DNA of 64,000 bases from Clostridium sp. AF37-5 (lineage in GTDB: Bacteria > Bacillota > Clostridia > Oscillospirales > Acutalibacteraceae): positions 17,058-81,057 of the forward strand of contig CAVFVA010000002.1 in assembly GCA_963625835.1 (NCBI GenBank). The letters are read 5' to 3'. Within the stretch, counting starts at the first letter, position 1; every line of letters begins with the position of its first letter. The notes beneath the pieces are model-generated. The model worked only from the letters and a program-made list of their open reading frames with translations, had not been told where the DNA came from and did no database searches. Both the position numbers and the translations under genes were made by a program. This document shows, in pieces, positions 1-10,251 of this stretch.

Positions 1-661
1 CCTCCTCAACAAGACCGGCTGCAACCATTTGATCCACCCTTGCATTTATTCGGGAATAAAGCAAATCCCGATTTTTGAAGCCGATAACAAGATACAGCGT
101 TTCATAAGGCGACTTCTGCCTTGAAAGCAAATCCTGCTCGGTTTTTGTTTTTCCCGTGGAATAATATATTTCAAGAGCGCGAACAACGCGCTTTTTATTG
201 TTTTTATGAGTTTTTTGCGCCTCTGCCGGATCGATTTGCAAAAGGCGGGAATAAAGTTCATCCTCATCAAGTGCCGAAAGGCGGGTGCGAAGTTCCTCAT
301 CCGGATTTGCGGAGGAAAACGAGATATTATCAACAAAGCTGTCTATAAACAGCCCGGTGCCGCCGGCAATAACAGGCACGGAGCCTGCCGCCGTAATTTG
401 CGAAACGGCTTTTTTTGCCGCATTGCAAAAATCCGAAACGGAAAAAGAAGAGGAGCGTTCCAAAAATTCATTAAGCATATGCGGCACGCCCTGCATTTCC
501 TGCGTTGTGGGCGCCGCCGTGGCAATACCCATACCTTTATAAACCTGCATTGAATCGGCGCAGATAACCGAGCCGCCCACAGCCTTTGCTATTTGAACGG
601 CAAGAGCCGTTTTTCCGCTTGCCGTGGGACCTGCCACAACTATAAGCTTTGTTTTATCCAT
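1..661 (-). CDS. miaA: tRNA dimethylallyltransferase (partial, runs off left edge)
   Basis: Not in ORF track; reverse complement from 661 reads MDKTKLIVVAGPTASGKTAL...SADSMQVY, the MiaA N-terminal P-loop; directly follows mutL. Confidence 0.93.
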   Translation of the reverse strand, partial: MDKTKLIVVAGPTASGKTALAVQIAKAVGGSVICADSMQVYKGMGIATAAPTTQEMQGVPHMLNEFLERSSSFSVSDFCNAAKKAVSQITAAGSVPVIAGGTGLFIDSFVDNISFSSANPDEELRTRLSALDEDELYSRLLQIDPAEAQKTHKNNKKRVVRALEIYYSTGKTKTEQDLLSRQKSPYETLYLVIGFKNRDLLYSRINARVDQMVAAGLVEE

Positions 662-662
662 A

Positions 663-2723
663 TCACTGAATTCTGCCAAACTGCTTTTCGATTTCATATT
701 TTGAGAATTTTATCATAACCGGTCTGCCGTGGGGGCAATATCTGATATCCGGCATGGAGAGCAGCTTTTTAACAAAAAGCTCCCTTTCCTGCGCTGATGT
801 GTGATCGCCGCCCTTAACCGCACCGCGGCACGAGGCTGAATGAAAAATCCAATCCATTCTGTCCGGCTCAATATCCGTTTTATGCTCCAGCAGCTTTTGG
901 GCAATTTCAAGGATTAAATCCTTAACATCATCCCCGTCAAGCAACGATGGCGTTTCGCGCACGATAACAGTGCTGTTGCCGAAGTCCTCAACGGAAAAGC
1001 CGCATTTTGAAAGCAAATCCAAGTTTGAAACGATACAGTCATATTCATCCGGCGCAAGCGAAACGGCGACGGGCGAAAGAAGCATTTGCGACGCTATACC
1101 GCTGCTTGCAGCCTCTGCCTTAAAGCGCTCAAAATTCATTCTTTCGTGTGCCGCATGCTTATCGATATAATAAAGATCGTTTTTGATTTCGATTATTATG
1201 TAGGTATTAAAAGCCTCGCCCACTATTTTAAATTCGGGCGCAACCTCGCTTTCCTCCACCACAAAAACAGAATCGCTTTTATCTGCGGCTGAAATTTCAC
1301 TCGGTGCGGTGTGCAAAGTGTTTTCGCGAACTTCACCGCCGTTTTGCGGCGCAAACGCCTGCGCTTTTTCGTTTTCAGCAAACTCGTGCTTTTCGCCGGC
1401 ATTGCCTGAGGGCTTTGCAGAATTGGAAAAATCAATTTTTACAACGGTTTTTTTATCATCGTCGTGCAACTTTTCCTCATCCGAAAATGCCGAATTTGAA
1501 GTTATTCTGTAATCGGCAGGGTTGCCGTAGCTTTCTTTTCTGCGATGAACCGTGTATTCGGAGGAATCCGCCAAATTCCAAGCGGTATTGTTTGAAGCCG
1601 GGCGAACCGTGCTGAATTTCATTTGCGACGGCTGCGGCGGCTTAACGCCGAAATCTATTTTTGCGGAGCTTTTTTCAAGATTTTTGTAACTTCTGCCGCT
1701 TTCATCGGAATAAAATGCGGCTTCTTTAATGCTGTTTTGCGTTTCAACGGCTGTTTTAACTCCGTAATAAACCAAATCAAACACGGGGCGCTCGTTAACA
1801 AAGCGCACCTCCGTTTTAGCCGGATGCACATTGACATCCACCAGCTTTGTATCCATTTCTATATTTAAAATGCAGGCAGGATATCTGCCCACCATTATTG
1901 AATTTTTATATGCCTGCTCCAACGCAGCCATTGCCGTACCGCTTTTAACAAGCCTGCCGTTTATGAAGAAAAACTGCATTGCGCGGCTTTTTCTTGATTG
2001 GTGAGGTCTTGAAACAAAGCCCGTTATGCGCATGGAATTCAGCGAATAATCAACGGGAATTAAAGTGTCGGAAAGCTCCGATCCGAAAACGGAATAGACG
2101 GTGCCCTTTAAATCGCCGTTGCCCGAGGTGAGCATAACCTGCCTGCCCTCGCGGATGAAGCGAAACGAAATTTCGGGATGGGAAAGCGCAATTCTGTCTG
2201 CCACGCCCTGAACGGCATTACCCTCCGTTACATCCTTTTTGAGGAATTTCATTCTTGCCGGCACATTAAAAAATATATCGCGCACAACAACGGTGGTGCC
2301 TGCCGGGCAGCCTGCCGGTGAAAAATCCTTTTCCTCGCCGCCGCAGATTTCATAGCGTGTGCCGATTTCATCTGCTGCGGTTTTGGTGAGCATTTCCACC
2401 TTTGCAACCGCGGCGATGGATGCCATTGCCTCGCCCCTGAAGCCGAGCGTGCCGATCGAATTAAGATCTTCGCTTTTTGCGATTTTTGATGTGGCGTGAG
2501 AAATAAAGACCTTTTGCACATCGTCGCGCGCAATTCCGCTGCCGTCATCCGTTATGCGAATATAGGTTGTGCCGCCGTTTTTGATTTCAAGCGTTATGTG
2601 CTTTGCGCCGGCATCGATTGAATTTTCAATCATTTCCTTAACAACGCTCATGGGCCGTTCAACCACTTCGCCTGCGGCGATAAGATTATAGACCTCTTTC
2701 GGTAAAATATTTATAACAGACAT
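663..2723 (-). CDS. mutL: DNA mismatch repair endonuclease MutL
   Basis: IAAGEVVERP, GFRGEA, VDVNVHPAK, DKHAAHER and CPHGRP motifs. Confidence 0.98.
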   Translation of the reverse strand: MSVINILPKEVYNLIAAGEVVERPMSVVKEMIENSIDAGAKHITLEIKNGGTTYIRITDDGSGIARDDVQKVFISHATSKIAKSEDLNSIGTLGFRGEAMASIAAVAKVEMLTKTAADEIGTRYEICGGEEKDFSPAGCPAGTTVVVRDIFFNVPARMKFLKKDVTEGNAVQGVADRIALSHPEISFRFIREGRQVMLTSGNGDLKGTVYSVFGSELSDTLIPVDYSLNSMRITGFVSRPHQSRKSRAMQFFFINGRLVKSGTAMAALEQAYKNSIMVGRYPACILNIEMDTKLVDVNVHPAKTEVRFVNERPVFDLVYYGVKTAVETQNSIKEAAFYSDESGRSYKNLEKSSAKIDFGVKPPQPSQMKFSTVRPASNNTAWNLADSSEYTVHRRKESYGNPADYRITSNSAFSDEEKLHDDDKKTVVKIDFSNSAKPSGNAGEKHEFAENEKAQAFAPQNGGEVRENTLHTAPSEISAADKSDSVFVVEESEVAPEFKIVGEAFNTYIIIEIKNDLYYIDKHAAHERMNFERFKAEAASSGIASQMLLSPVAVSLAPDEYDCIVSNLDLLSKCGFSVEDFGNSTVIVRETPSLLDGDDVKDLILEIAQKLLEHKTDIEPDRMDWIFHSASCRGAVKGGDHTSAQERELFVKKLLSMPDIRYCPHGRPVMIKFSKYEIEKQFGRIQ

Positions 2724-2759
2724 TTATTTCTCACTTCCTTTACAGGATATTCGGCGGTA

Positions 2760-5396
2760 TTAAAGCTCCTCCGCCTTTTTCTTTAAATCATAAAGCGTTT
2801 GCATTGCTTCAATGGGCGTAAGCGTGTTCACATCCGTGGCTTTTAATATTTCGAGGATTTCGTTTTTGCCGTTTGCCGCAAAATTATATTGAATATCCTC
2901 TTCATCCTCAAGCACGGCGTCCTCCGCCTTAAATTCTATGTCGATTTTATTTTGCTCCAGCTCTTTTAAAATCACCTTTGCCCTGCGAACCACCGAATCA
3001 GGCACGCCTGCAAGCTTTGCAACCTCAATACCGAAACTTTCATCGGCGCCGCCGCGCACAATTCTGCGCAGGAAAGTGATATCGTCGCCGCGCTTTTTAA
3101 CGGCAATCGAATAATTCTTAACACCGTCAAGCAAACCTTCCATTGCGGTAAGCTCATGATAATGGGTGGCAAAAAGCGTTTTTGCGCCGAGCGTTTTCTT
3201 TTTGCACACAAATTCCAAAACAGCCCTGGCAATGCTCATGCCGTCAAAAGTGGAGGTGCCCCTGCCGATTTCGTCAAGAATAATCAGGCTGCTTTGCGTG
3301 GCGTTTTTAAGAATATCCGAAACCTCACTCATTTCAACCATAAATGTGGAGCGACCCGTTGCCAAATCATCGGCTGCGCCGACTCTGGTAAACACGGCGT
3401 CCACAATGCCGATATCAGCCGAGCGTGCAGGCACGAAAGAGCCGATTTGCGCCATAATCACAATCAGCGCAATTTGGCGCATATAGGTTGATTTACCTGC
3501 CATATTCGGACCCGTGATAATCATGCAGCGGTTTTCAGAAGTGTCAAGCACCGTATCATTAGGCACGAAAGGTGCGCCGTTCATAATCGCCTCCACAACA
3601 GGGTGGCGACCGTCCTTAATATCAATCACGCCGTTTGTTGAAATTTGCGGGCAGCAATAATTGTTTGTTACGGCAACTTCGGCAAGGCTTGCCAAAGTAT
3701 CAAGCACGGCAAGTGCTTTTGCCGTTTTTTGAATGCGCTGCGTTTCTTGGGAAATCGTTTCGCGCACGGTGCAAAACACCTGATATTCGAGTGCCACGGA
3801 GCGATCCTTTGCGCCCACTATTTTGCCCTCAAGTTCTTTTAATTCCTGGGTTATATATCTTTCACAATTTGTGAGAGTTTGCTTTCTTATGTAGGTTTCG
3901 GGCACCATATCCTTATATGAATTGGTGACCTCGATATAATATCCGAAAACGCGGTTGTAACCCACCTTCAGCTTCGGAATTCCCGTTTCCTCGCGCTGGC
4001 GTGCCTCTATTGCGGCAACAACGCCTGCACCGTCCTGCATAACGGCACGAAGCTCGTCCACCTGCTCATTATAACCCGATTTTATCATTCCGCCTTCGCG
4101 AACGGTAAGCGGCGGTTCGTCGGATATTGCGCGGTCTATAAGATTTTCAACATCCTCAAGCAAATCTATGCCGCTGCTTATATCTTTAAGCAATGCGCTT
4201 TGGCTGCCTGCCAAAAGCGATTTTATCTGCGGCAGCCTTTGCACGGTTTGCTGAAGCGATTTAAGCTCCTTTGCATTTGCCGTGGAATAGGCAATGCGCG
4301 TCATCAGCCTTTCCATATCGCTGATGCCGGAAAATGAGGTTCTGAGTTTATCGCGCAGCTCGGGATTATCGGCAAGCTCGCCAACGGCATTTTGCCTTTT
4401 AATTATCTGCGCGGCAGACATAAGCGGCCTTTCAAGCCAGTTTCTTATCATTCTGCGCCCCATCGGGGTTTTTGTTTTATCAAGCACCCAAAGCAACGAA
4501 TGCCTTTTATCACCCGTCATCATTGATTTTGTGAGTTCAAGATTGCGGCGTGCATTCATATCAAGCTTTAAATACTGATCGCTTTCAAAATAATCGATAT
4601 CCGCCGGGGTTTCGATTTCGTCTTTTTTCTGCACATCTTTAAGATAGCCGATAACCGCACCGAGAGCGCGCACAACGGGCTTGCTGCTACCGAGTGAAAG
4701 ACTTGAAATTTCATCCTTTTTAAGAGTTTCGAGAATAAGCTCAGTTGCGGCATTGTAATCGAATTTTTCATCATCAAGCAATTGCGCCTGCGTGCCGTTT
4801 CGCGATTTAAGAAAATCTGCGGCATGCGTGTAATCAAGCGCAGAAGAATTGACAAGCACTTCTTTCGGCATATATGCGGAAAGCTGATCGATTATTTTGT
4901 TTTCGCTGTCAGCGCCCTTAATAGCAGTTAAGTGAAACTCTGCGGTGGATACATCGGCAAAGCACAGCCCGGTTTCTTTATCGTCACGGCAGATGCAGCA
5001 AAGATAATTATTGGTGGAATCATCAAGCATATTGCCCTCTATCACCGTGCCGGGGGTTATGATTCTTACAACATCTCTTTTAACAAGCCCTTTAACAAGC
5101 TTCGGATCCTCAAGTTGCTCGCAAATTGCCACCTTGTAGCCGCGGTTAACAAGCTTTGCGATATAAGAATCCGCCGAGTGAAACGGCACGCCGCACATCG
5201 GCGCACGCTCATCCATGCCGCATTCCTTGCCCGTGAGCACCAAATCAAGCTCATCTGCGGCGGTTTTGGCATCGTCAAAAAACATCTCGTAAAAATCACC
5301 GAGGCGGAAAAAAAGCAGCATGCCGGGATACCGGCTTTTAACATCGAAATACTGTTCCATCATCGGAGACAATCCGCCGTTCTTTTTTGCTGCCAT
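2760..5396 (-). CDS. mutS: DNA mismatch repair protein MutS
   Basis: FRLGDFYEMF, TGPNMAGKSTYMRQ, STFMVEM, DEIGRGTST; start moved to ATG 5396 behind GGAGGAGG RBS. Confidence 0.98.
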   Translation of the reverse strand: MAAKKNGGLSPMMEQYFDVKSRYPGMLLFFRLGDFYEMFFDDAKTAADELDLVLTGKECGMDERAPMCGVPFHSADSYIAKLVNRGYKVAICEQLEDPKLVKGLVKRDVVRIITPGTVIEGNMLDDSTNNYLCCICRDDKETGLCFADVSTAEFHLTAIKGADSENKIIDQLSAYMPKEVLVNSSALDYTHAADFLKSRNGTQAQLLDDEKFDYNAATELILETLKKDEISSLSLGSSKPVVRALGAVIGYLKDVQKKDEIETPADIDYFESDQYLKLDMNARRNLELTKSMMTGDKRHSLLWVLDKTKTPMGRRMIRNWLERPLMSAAQIIKRQNAVGELADNPELRDKLRTSFSGISDMERLMTRIAYSTANAKELKSLQQTVQRLPQIKSLLAGSQSALLKDISSGIDLLEDVENLIDRAISDEPPLTVREGGMIKSGYNEQVDELRAVMQDGAGVVAAIEARQREETGIPKLKVGYNRVFGYYIEVTNSYKDMVPETYIRKQTLTNCERYITQELKELEGKIVGAKDRSVALEYQVFCTVRETISQETQRIQKTAKALAVLDTLASLAEVAVTNNYCCPQISTNGVIDIKDGRHPVVEAIMNGAPFVPNDTVLDTSENRCMIITGPNMAGKSTYMRQIALIVIMAQIGSFVPARSADIGIVDAVFTRVGAADDLATGRSTFMVEMSEVSDILKNATQSSLIILDEIGRGTSTFDGMSIARAVLEFVCKKKTLGAKTLFATHYHELTAMEGLLDGVKNYSIAVKKRGDDITFLRRIVRGGADESFGIEVAKLAGVPDSVVRRAKVILKELEQNKIDIEFKAEDAVLEDEEDIQYNFAANGKNEILEILKATDVNTLTPIEAMQTLYDLKKKAEEL

Positions 5397-5523
5397 ATTT
5401 TTCCTCCTCCGTTTTACGGGCATTGCCCGTGATTATCTGTTTAATATTGCAAAGCGCATTCGGCTTGCAATATTGATTCGGCAGCGTTTTCTGCCGCCGT
5501 ATCAAAATTTAAATTTGCCTCAA

Positions 5524-5934
5524 TCAGTGGCAACCGCCGCAGGTTGAGCAATTATGTGTGCAAGCCTCTTCGGGAACCTCGCAGGTTTCAGGATCTTGAC
5601 CGTCAAAGAAAAGGCCTATCATTTTGCTGATATACTGAGCCATTTCCTCCATTTGAGAAGCAGCGGCCGAATAAGCCTCCATATTCTCGTTTTTCATAAT
5701 TTCCTCATAAAGAGCGGAATATTGCTTTTGCAAATCTTCGATTTTGGCACTGTCTGCCTCGTCGCCCTTGCCTGCCTCTTGCTGATATTTAAGCGACAAA
5801 AGCTGCATTTCCTGCATTTGATTTTGAAGGCTTTCATCCTCGTCGTTTTTTGCCGCTGCGGCTTTAAGAGCTGCAAAGCGGGGATCGCTTTGAATTTCCT
5901 TGCCGAGTTGGCGGAGTGTTTCTTCCAAACCCAT
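5524..5934 (-). CDS. YlbF/YmcA (RicA-like) family regulator with Cys-rich C-terminus
   Basis: Coiled-coil ~136 aa ending CTHNCSTCGGCH; position between miaB and mutS matches the Firmicute miaB-ymcA-mutSL arrangement. Confidence 0.8.
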   Translation of the reverse strand: MGLEETLRQLGKEIQSDPRFAALKAAAAKNDEDESLQNQMQEMQLLSLKYQQEAGKGDEADSAKIEDLQKQYSALYEEIMKNENMEAYSAAASQMEEMAQYISKMIGLFFDGQDPETCEVPEEACTHNCSTCGGCH

Positions 5935-5957
5935 TGTGATAAATTTCCTTTCTTTTT

Positions 5958-7388
5958 TCATTCTGCCAAACGGCCCTTGAGCACATATGTCATCGGCTCT
6001 GTTACCGTTAAATTGAGGAAAGAGCCAATCACATCTTCGCTTCCCTCAAATTCTATAATCAAATTACCGTCCGTTCTGGCGGCAATGTAATTATCACCGG
6101 CCTTGCCTTTCCCGTAAGCAAAGCATTTAAAAGTTTTGCCGGCATATTTTTGCATATTTTCTGCCGAAATTTTTTCCTGCACGGCAAGCAGCTCGCGAAG
6201 CCATTTACCCTTTTCCTTTGCCGAAATCGGATCTGCAAGCTTTGCGGCGAGAGTGCCCTCGCGCGGTGAATAAATAAATGTGAAAAGCGAGGTGAATTTA
6301 ACCTGCTCTATAAGCGAAAGCGTGTCGCAAAATTCTTCGTACGTTTCGCCCGGAAATCCGACTATGATGTCGGATGTTATTGAAAGTTCGTCGCCCATAA
6401 GCTGCTTGGCATAATCGATTAGTTCCAAATATTTTTCCCTGGTGTAGCTTCTGTTCATGGCGCGAAGCACACGGTTGTTGCCGCTTTGAAACGGCAGGTG
6501 CAAGTGCTTTGCAACTTTATCGCAGGACGCCATCGTTTCCAAAAGCTCTTTGGTGCAATCTTTCGGATGGCTTGTCATAAACCTGATCCTGAAATCGCCG
6601 TCAATACCGTTTATTGCCCTCAAGAGCTCGGCAAAGCTGACACGCGGTTCAAGATCCTTGCCGTATGAATTAACATTTTGCCCCAGCAGGGTGATTTCTT
6701 TATATCCCTCTGCCACAAGTTCCTTTGCCTCTTTAATAACATCCGCCGCTTCGCGGCTGCGCTCGCGACCGCGAACATAGGGCACAATGCAATAGGTGCA
6801 AAAATTATTGCAGCCGTACATTATCGGAATCCATGCTTTTTTATCATTGTCACGAAGCACGGGAACGCCTTCTGCGATGGCGCCGTCCGTATCGGGCAGT
6901 TCAAAAACTCTTTTCTTGCGCGTAAGTGCCTCAAACAAAAGCTGCGGCAGCTTATAAACAACATGCGTGCCAAACACAAGATCCACAAAAGGATAGCTTT
7001 TTTTGATTTTATCGGCGATATGCTTTTGCTGCATCATGCAACCGCAACACGCAATGATAACGCCGGGATTTTCAAGCTTATATGATTTAAGCATTCCCAC
7101 ATTGCCGAAAACACGGTCCTCCGCATGCTCGCGCACGGCGCAAGTGTTAAAAATAATAAGCTGTGCCTCGGTGCGTTCATCGGTGAAGCCGTAGCCCATC
7201 TCGGCAAGCATGCCTTTTATATGTTCACTGTCTGCCACATTTTGCTGGCAGCCGTAGGTTACTACGCAGGCAAGCGGCGGGGCACTGTATCTTTTTGAAA
7301 TAACGGAATTTACCTTAGTGCAAAATTCACGCTGACGCAAAAGCTCGTAATCGCTTACAACAGCAGTTTTTCTGCCGGGATTTTCCAT
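5958..7388 (-). CDS. miaB: tRNA-2-methylthio-N6-dimethylallyladenosine synthase (radical SAM)
   Basis: TYGCQQN, NTCAVRE, CNNFCTYC, LLGQNVNSYG, SDIIVGFPGET. Confidence 0.96.
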   Translation of the reverse strand: MENPGRKTAVVSDYELLRQREFCTKVNSVISKRYSAPPLACVVTYGCQQNVADSEHIKGMLAEMGYGFTDERTEAQLIIFNTCAVREHAEDRVFGNVGMLKSYKLENPGVIIACCGCMMQQKHIADKIKKSYPFVDLVFGTHVVYKLPQLLFEALTRKKRVFELPDTDGAIAEGVPVLRDNDKKAWIPIMYGCNNFCTYCIVPYVRGRERSREAADVIKEAKELVAEGYKEITLLGQNVNSYGKDLEPRVSFAELLRAINGIDGDFRIRFMTSHPKDCTKELLETMASCDKVAKHLHLPFQSGNNRVLRAMNRSYTREKYLELIDYAKQLMGDELSITSDIIVGFPGETYEEFCDTLSLIEQVKFTSLFTFIYSPREGTLAAKLADPISAKEKGKWLRELLAVQEKISAENMQKYAGKTFKCFAYGKGKAGDNYIAARTDGNLIIEFEGSEDVIGSFLNLTVTEPMTYVLKGRLAE

Positions 7389-7622
7389 TAAATCCCCCTC
7401 CTTTTCTGCTTTTTTCGATTTGGAATACGCAGTTACTCACACTATTCCATAATATTTTTAATTATATCAAACACAGAGCGCATATTCAACAGCTATTTAT
7501 TAAATTATTAAAAATAATATATAATAAAGGGACTTTCGCGGCTTGCACTTTTTGCGCATATTTGATAAAATTACTGATTGTTAAAACTTTTATCGGCAAT
7601 TGCCGAACGAAAGGCGGAAATT

Positions 7623-9146
7623 ATGCTTAAAAAGAGAGGCGCAGGGGTGCTTTTTCACATCAGCTCAATGCCCGGTGATTACGGGGTCGGCGTGTTTGAT
7701 GAAAACGCCCTGCATTTTATTGACAGAATAAGCGAAATGGGTTTCACATATTGGCAGGTGCTGCCGTTTAACCCGCTTGACGGCGCAAACAGCCCCTATT
7801 GCTCGCCGAGCGCATTTGCCGGCAACTACCTTTTCATCAATCCAAAAGGGCTTGTTGAGGACGGGCTTGTGACCGAAGCGGACGCAGCAGAAAACATTTA
7901 CACCGGCTCGCCCTACACGGCAGACTACGAATTTGCCGCCGAACACAGATACAGGCTGCTGAAAAAGGCGTTTTTGAGTATTGACAACGAAACGGCAAAA
8001 AAGATAAAGCAATTCGAGCTTGAAAACCCGTGGCTTACCGACTATGCCGTTTTTATGGCGGTTAAGGAGCAAAACGACGGTGCACCGTGGTGGCAGTGGG
8101 ACGAAAATCAGGCGCGATATTTTAACTGCGTTAAGGATATTTTTTCATATGAGGAAAGCGCGGCTTTTTGGAAATTTGTGCAATACATTTTCTTTAAACA
8201 ATGGTTTGAAATAAAGGAATATGCCAACAAAAAAGGCATTGCCGTTATCGGCGACATGCCGTTTTATGTGGCAATGGACAGCGTTGATGTTTGGGCTGAT
8301 TTGCCGCTTTTTGAAATAGACGGAAAAACGCTGACGGCAAAAAAAGTAGCAGGCGTGCCGCCCGATTATTTCAGCGAAAACGGGCAGCTTTGGGGCAACC
8401 CGATTTACAATTGGAAAGCCATGAAAAAAGACGGCTATAAATGGTGGCTTTCACGCCTTGGTGCGGCACTTAAAACATACGACATTGTGCGCATAGACCA
8501 TTTCAGGGCTTTTGCAAGTTATTGGGAAGTGCCGGCAGACGCCGAAACGGCAAAAACGGGCGAATGGAAAACGGGTCCCGGCATGGATTTATTCAGCAAA
8601 GTGTTTGAAAAATTCCCGAATGCCCCCGTTATTGCTGAGGATTTGGGAGTTTTCGGCGAGGATGTTACGCAGCTGCTTAAAGACACGGACTTTCCGGGCA
8701 TGAAAGTGGTGCAGTTCGGCTTTGACCCGAATTCCGATTCAAGCCACATGCCGCACAACGCCACGCAAAACAGCATAAATTATGTTGGCACGCACGACAA
8801 CAATACCCTGCTCGGCTGGCTTTGGGAAGCAAGCGAGGCAGAGCGCAGATTTGCGCTTGATTATGCCGGATTTGAGGGCGATAATTGGGGCGAGGGCGGT
8901 TATCGAAGCCCATCATGCCGCAAGATAATCGAATGTGTTTGGCGCAGTTCTTCAAATGTGGCAATAATCGCATTTCAGGATATGTGCGGCTTCGGAGCAG
9001 ACGCAAGAATGAACATCCCCGGGGTGCCGGATAAAAATTGGCGTTTTCGCACAACGCGCGAAACAATTGACTGTGCAGACGGCGATTATTTTCGAAAAAT
9101 CAATTCAACATATCGCCGAATGTACCCGGTTTTCGACGAAGAATAA
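7623..9146 (+). CDS. malQ: 4-alpha-glucanotransferase (GH77)
   Basis: WQVLPFNP, GVPPDYFSENGQLWGNP, RIDHFRAF, IAEDLG, GTHDNNT. Confidence 0.96.
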   Translation: MLKKRGAGVLFHISSMPGDYGVGVFDENALHFIDRISEMGFTYWQVLPFNPLDGANSPYCSPSAFAGNYLFINPKGLVEDGLVTEADAAENIYTGSPYTADYEFAAEHRYRLLKKAFLSIDNETAKKIKQFELENPWLTDYAVFMAVKEQNDGAPWWQWDENQARYFNCVKDIFSYEESAAFWKFVQYIFFKQWFEIKEYANKKGIAVIGDMPFYVAMDSVDVWADLPLFEIDGKTLTAKKVAGVPPDYFSENGQLWGNPIYNWKAMKKDGYKWWLSRLGAALKTYDIVRIDHFRAFASYWEVPADAETAKTGEWKTGPGMDLFSKVFEKFPNAPVIAEDLGVFGEDVTQLLKDTDFPGMKVVQFGFDPNSDSSHMPHNATQNSINYVGTHDNNTLLGWLWEASEAERRFALDYAGFEGDNWGEGGYRSPSCRKIIECVWRSSSNVAIIAFQDMCGFGADARMNIPGVPDKNWRFRTTRETIDCADGDYFRKINSTYRRMYPVFDEE

Positions 9147-9312
9147 AGCAAAGCATAAAAAGCAAGCAATCCCCCTCGTGTAGAATAAACTGCACAAGGG
9201 GGATTTCATTTTGCCGTAATTTGAACGCTGTGCAAAAAGCGTTGTCAACAAAGCTCCGACCGCATAGAATGATATGAAGCTCGCTTCAAATATTCTGAAA
9301 AGGAGTTTTTTT

Positions 9313-10125
9313 ATGGCAAACAACATCATCGAAGCAGGCGAAACGCGTATTAACGAAGCCGTTTGCATAGACACAAAGCGGATTTACGACAGCTGCGTTT
9401 CCAAGGATTGCCTGGAGGATTTGCGGGTAACATTTTTTTCGCGCAGCCAACGGCTTATAGACGAAGCGGTAACGGTTAAATGCCGCGAATGCGAGGTTGC
9501 CTCCGTTTCCGTTGATTTGGAAGAAGTGCCGTTTAACAGAGGCTATTATTCCGTTGACATCACATTTTATTTTCGCCTTGAATTTGATACTTATTCAGCA
9601 CCGTGCACAACGCCCGAGGTGGCAGTCGGATATGCACAATTCACCAAAAAGTGCATACTTTACGGTTCGGACGGAAAGGTAAAGGTTTTTGTTTCAAACC
9701 CCGTTTCCGAAGTCACGGATTGCCCCGAAGCACCGCAATACACAAATCCTGCCTGCAAAGTTCAGGCGGTTGACCCCGTTATTTTGGCGTGCAACACGGT
9801 TGATTTGTGCGATTGCTGCATTCCGCTTTCCACATCATTTCCGCAATCCGTTTTGCAAAACACGCAGGACACCGTGCCGAGCGCAGGAGCAGCAAAGGCA
9901 GTGCTTGTTACCTTGGGGCTTTTCAGCATTGTGCAGATGGAACGGGACGTGCAAATTCTTATTCCGGCATATGATTATTGCATTCCTGAAAGAGAGTGCG
10001 AATGCAACACGCAAAATCCGTGCGACACTTTCCAAAGCATAGAATTTCCCGTGGATGAATTTTTCCCGCCGGAAAAAGAAGATACTTCGGCGTGCTGCTG
10101 TGATTCAAGCGCAAACGGCAACTGA
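9313..10125 (+). CDS. Cys-rich hypothetical protein, possibly sporulation/coat related
   Basis: AAAGGAG RBS before ATG 9313; EAVCIDTKRIYDSC...IPAYDYCIPERECEC; CATAGAAT (9263-9270) upstream resembles a sigE/sigK -10. Confidence 0.6.
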   Translation: MANNIIEAGETRINEAVCIDTKRIYDSCVSKDCLEDLRVTFFSRSQRLIDEAVTVKCRECEVASVSVDLEEVPFNRGYYSVDITFYFRLEFDTYSAPCTTPEVAVGYAQFTKKCILYGSDGKVKVFVSNPVSEVTDCPEAPQYTNPACKVQAVDPVILACNTVDLCDCCIPLSTSFPQSVLQNTQDTVPSAGAAKAVLVTLGLFSIVQMERDVQILIPAYDYCIPERECECNTQNPCDTFQSIEFPVDEFFPPEKEDTSACCCDSSANGN

Positions 10126-10194
10126 TTAAATCGGCTTTTCGGAGAAATATAAAAATTTCGGCAATACGAAGGCAGATTATTTCGGTAATATGAA

Positions 10195-10222
10195 AAGGGA
10201 TTACGGCTCTCCGTAATCCCTT
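10195..10222. terminator. Intrinsic terminator between convergent genes
   Basis: AAGGGATTACGG-ctct-CCGTAATCCCTT perfect stem. Confidence 0.8.
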
Positions 10223-10251
10223 GATTTTTTATAAATACGCTTTATGCAAAC

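Noticed and set aside
1230..1720. Long low-complexity insertion in MutL
   Set aside because: Corresponds to the normal variable linker between ATPase and endonuclease domains
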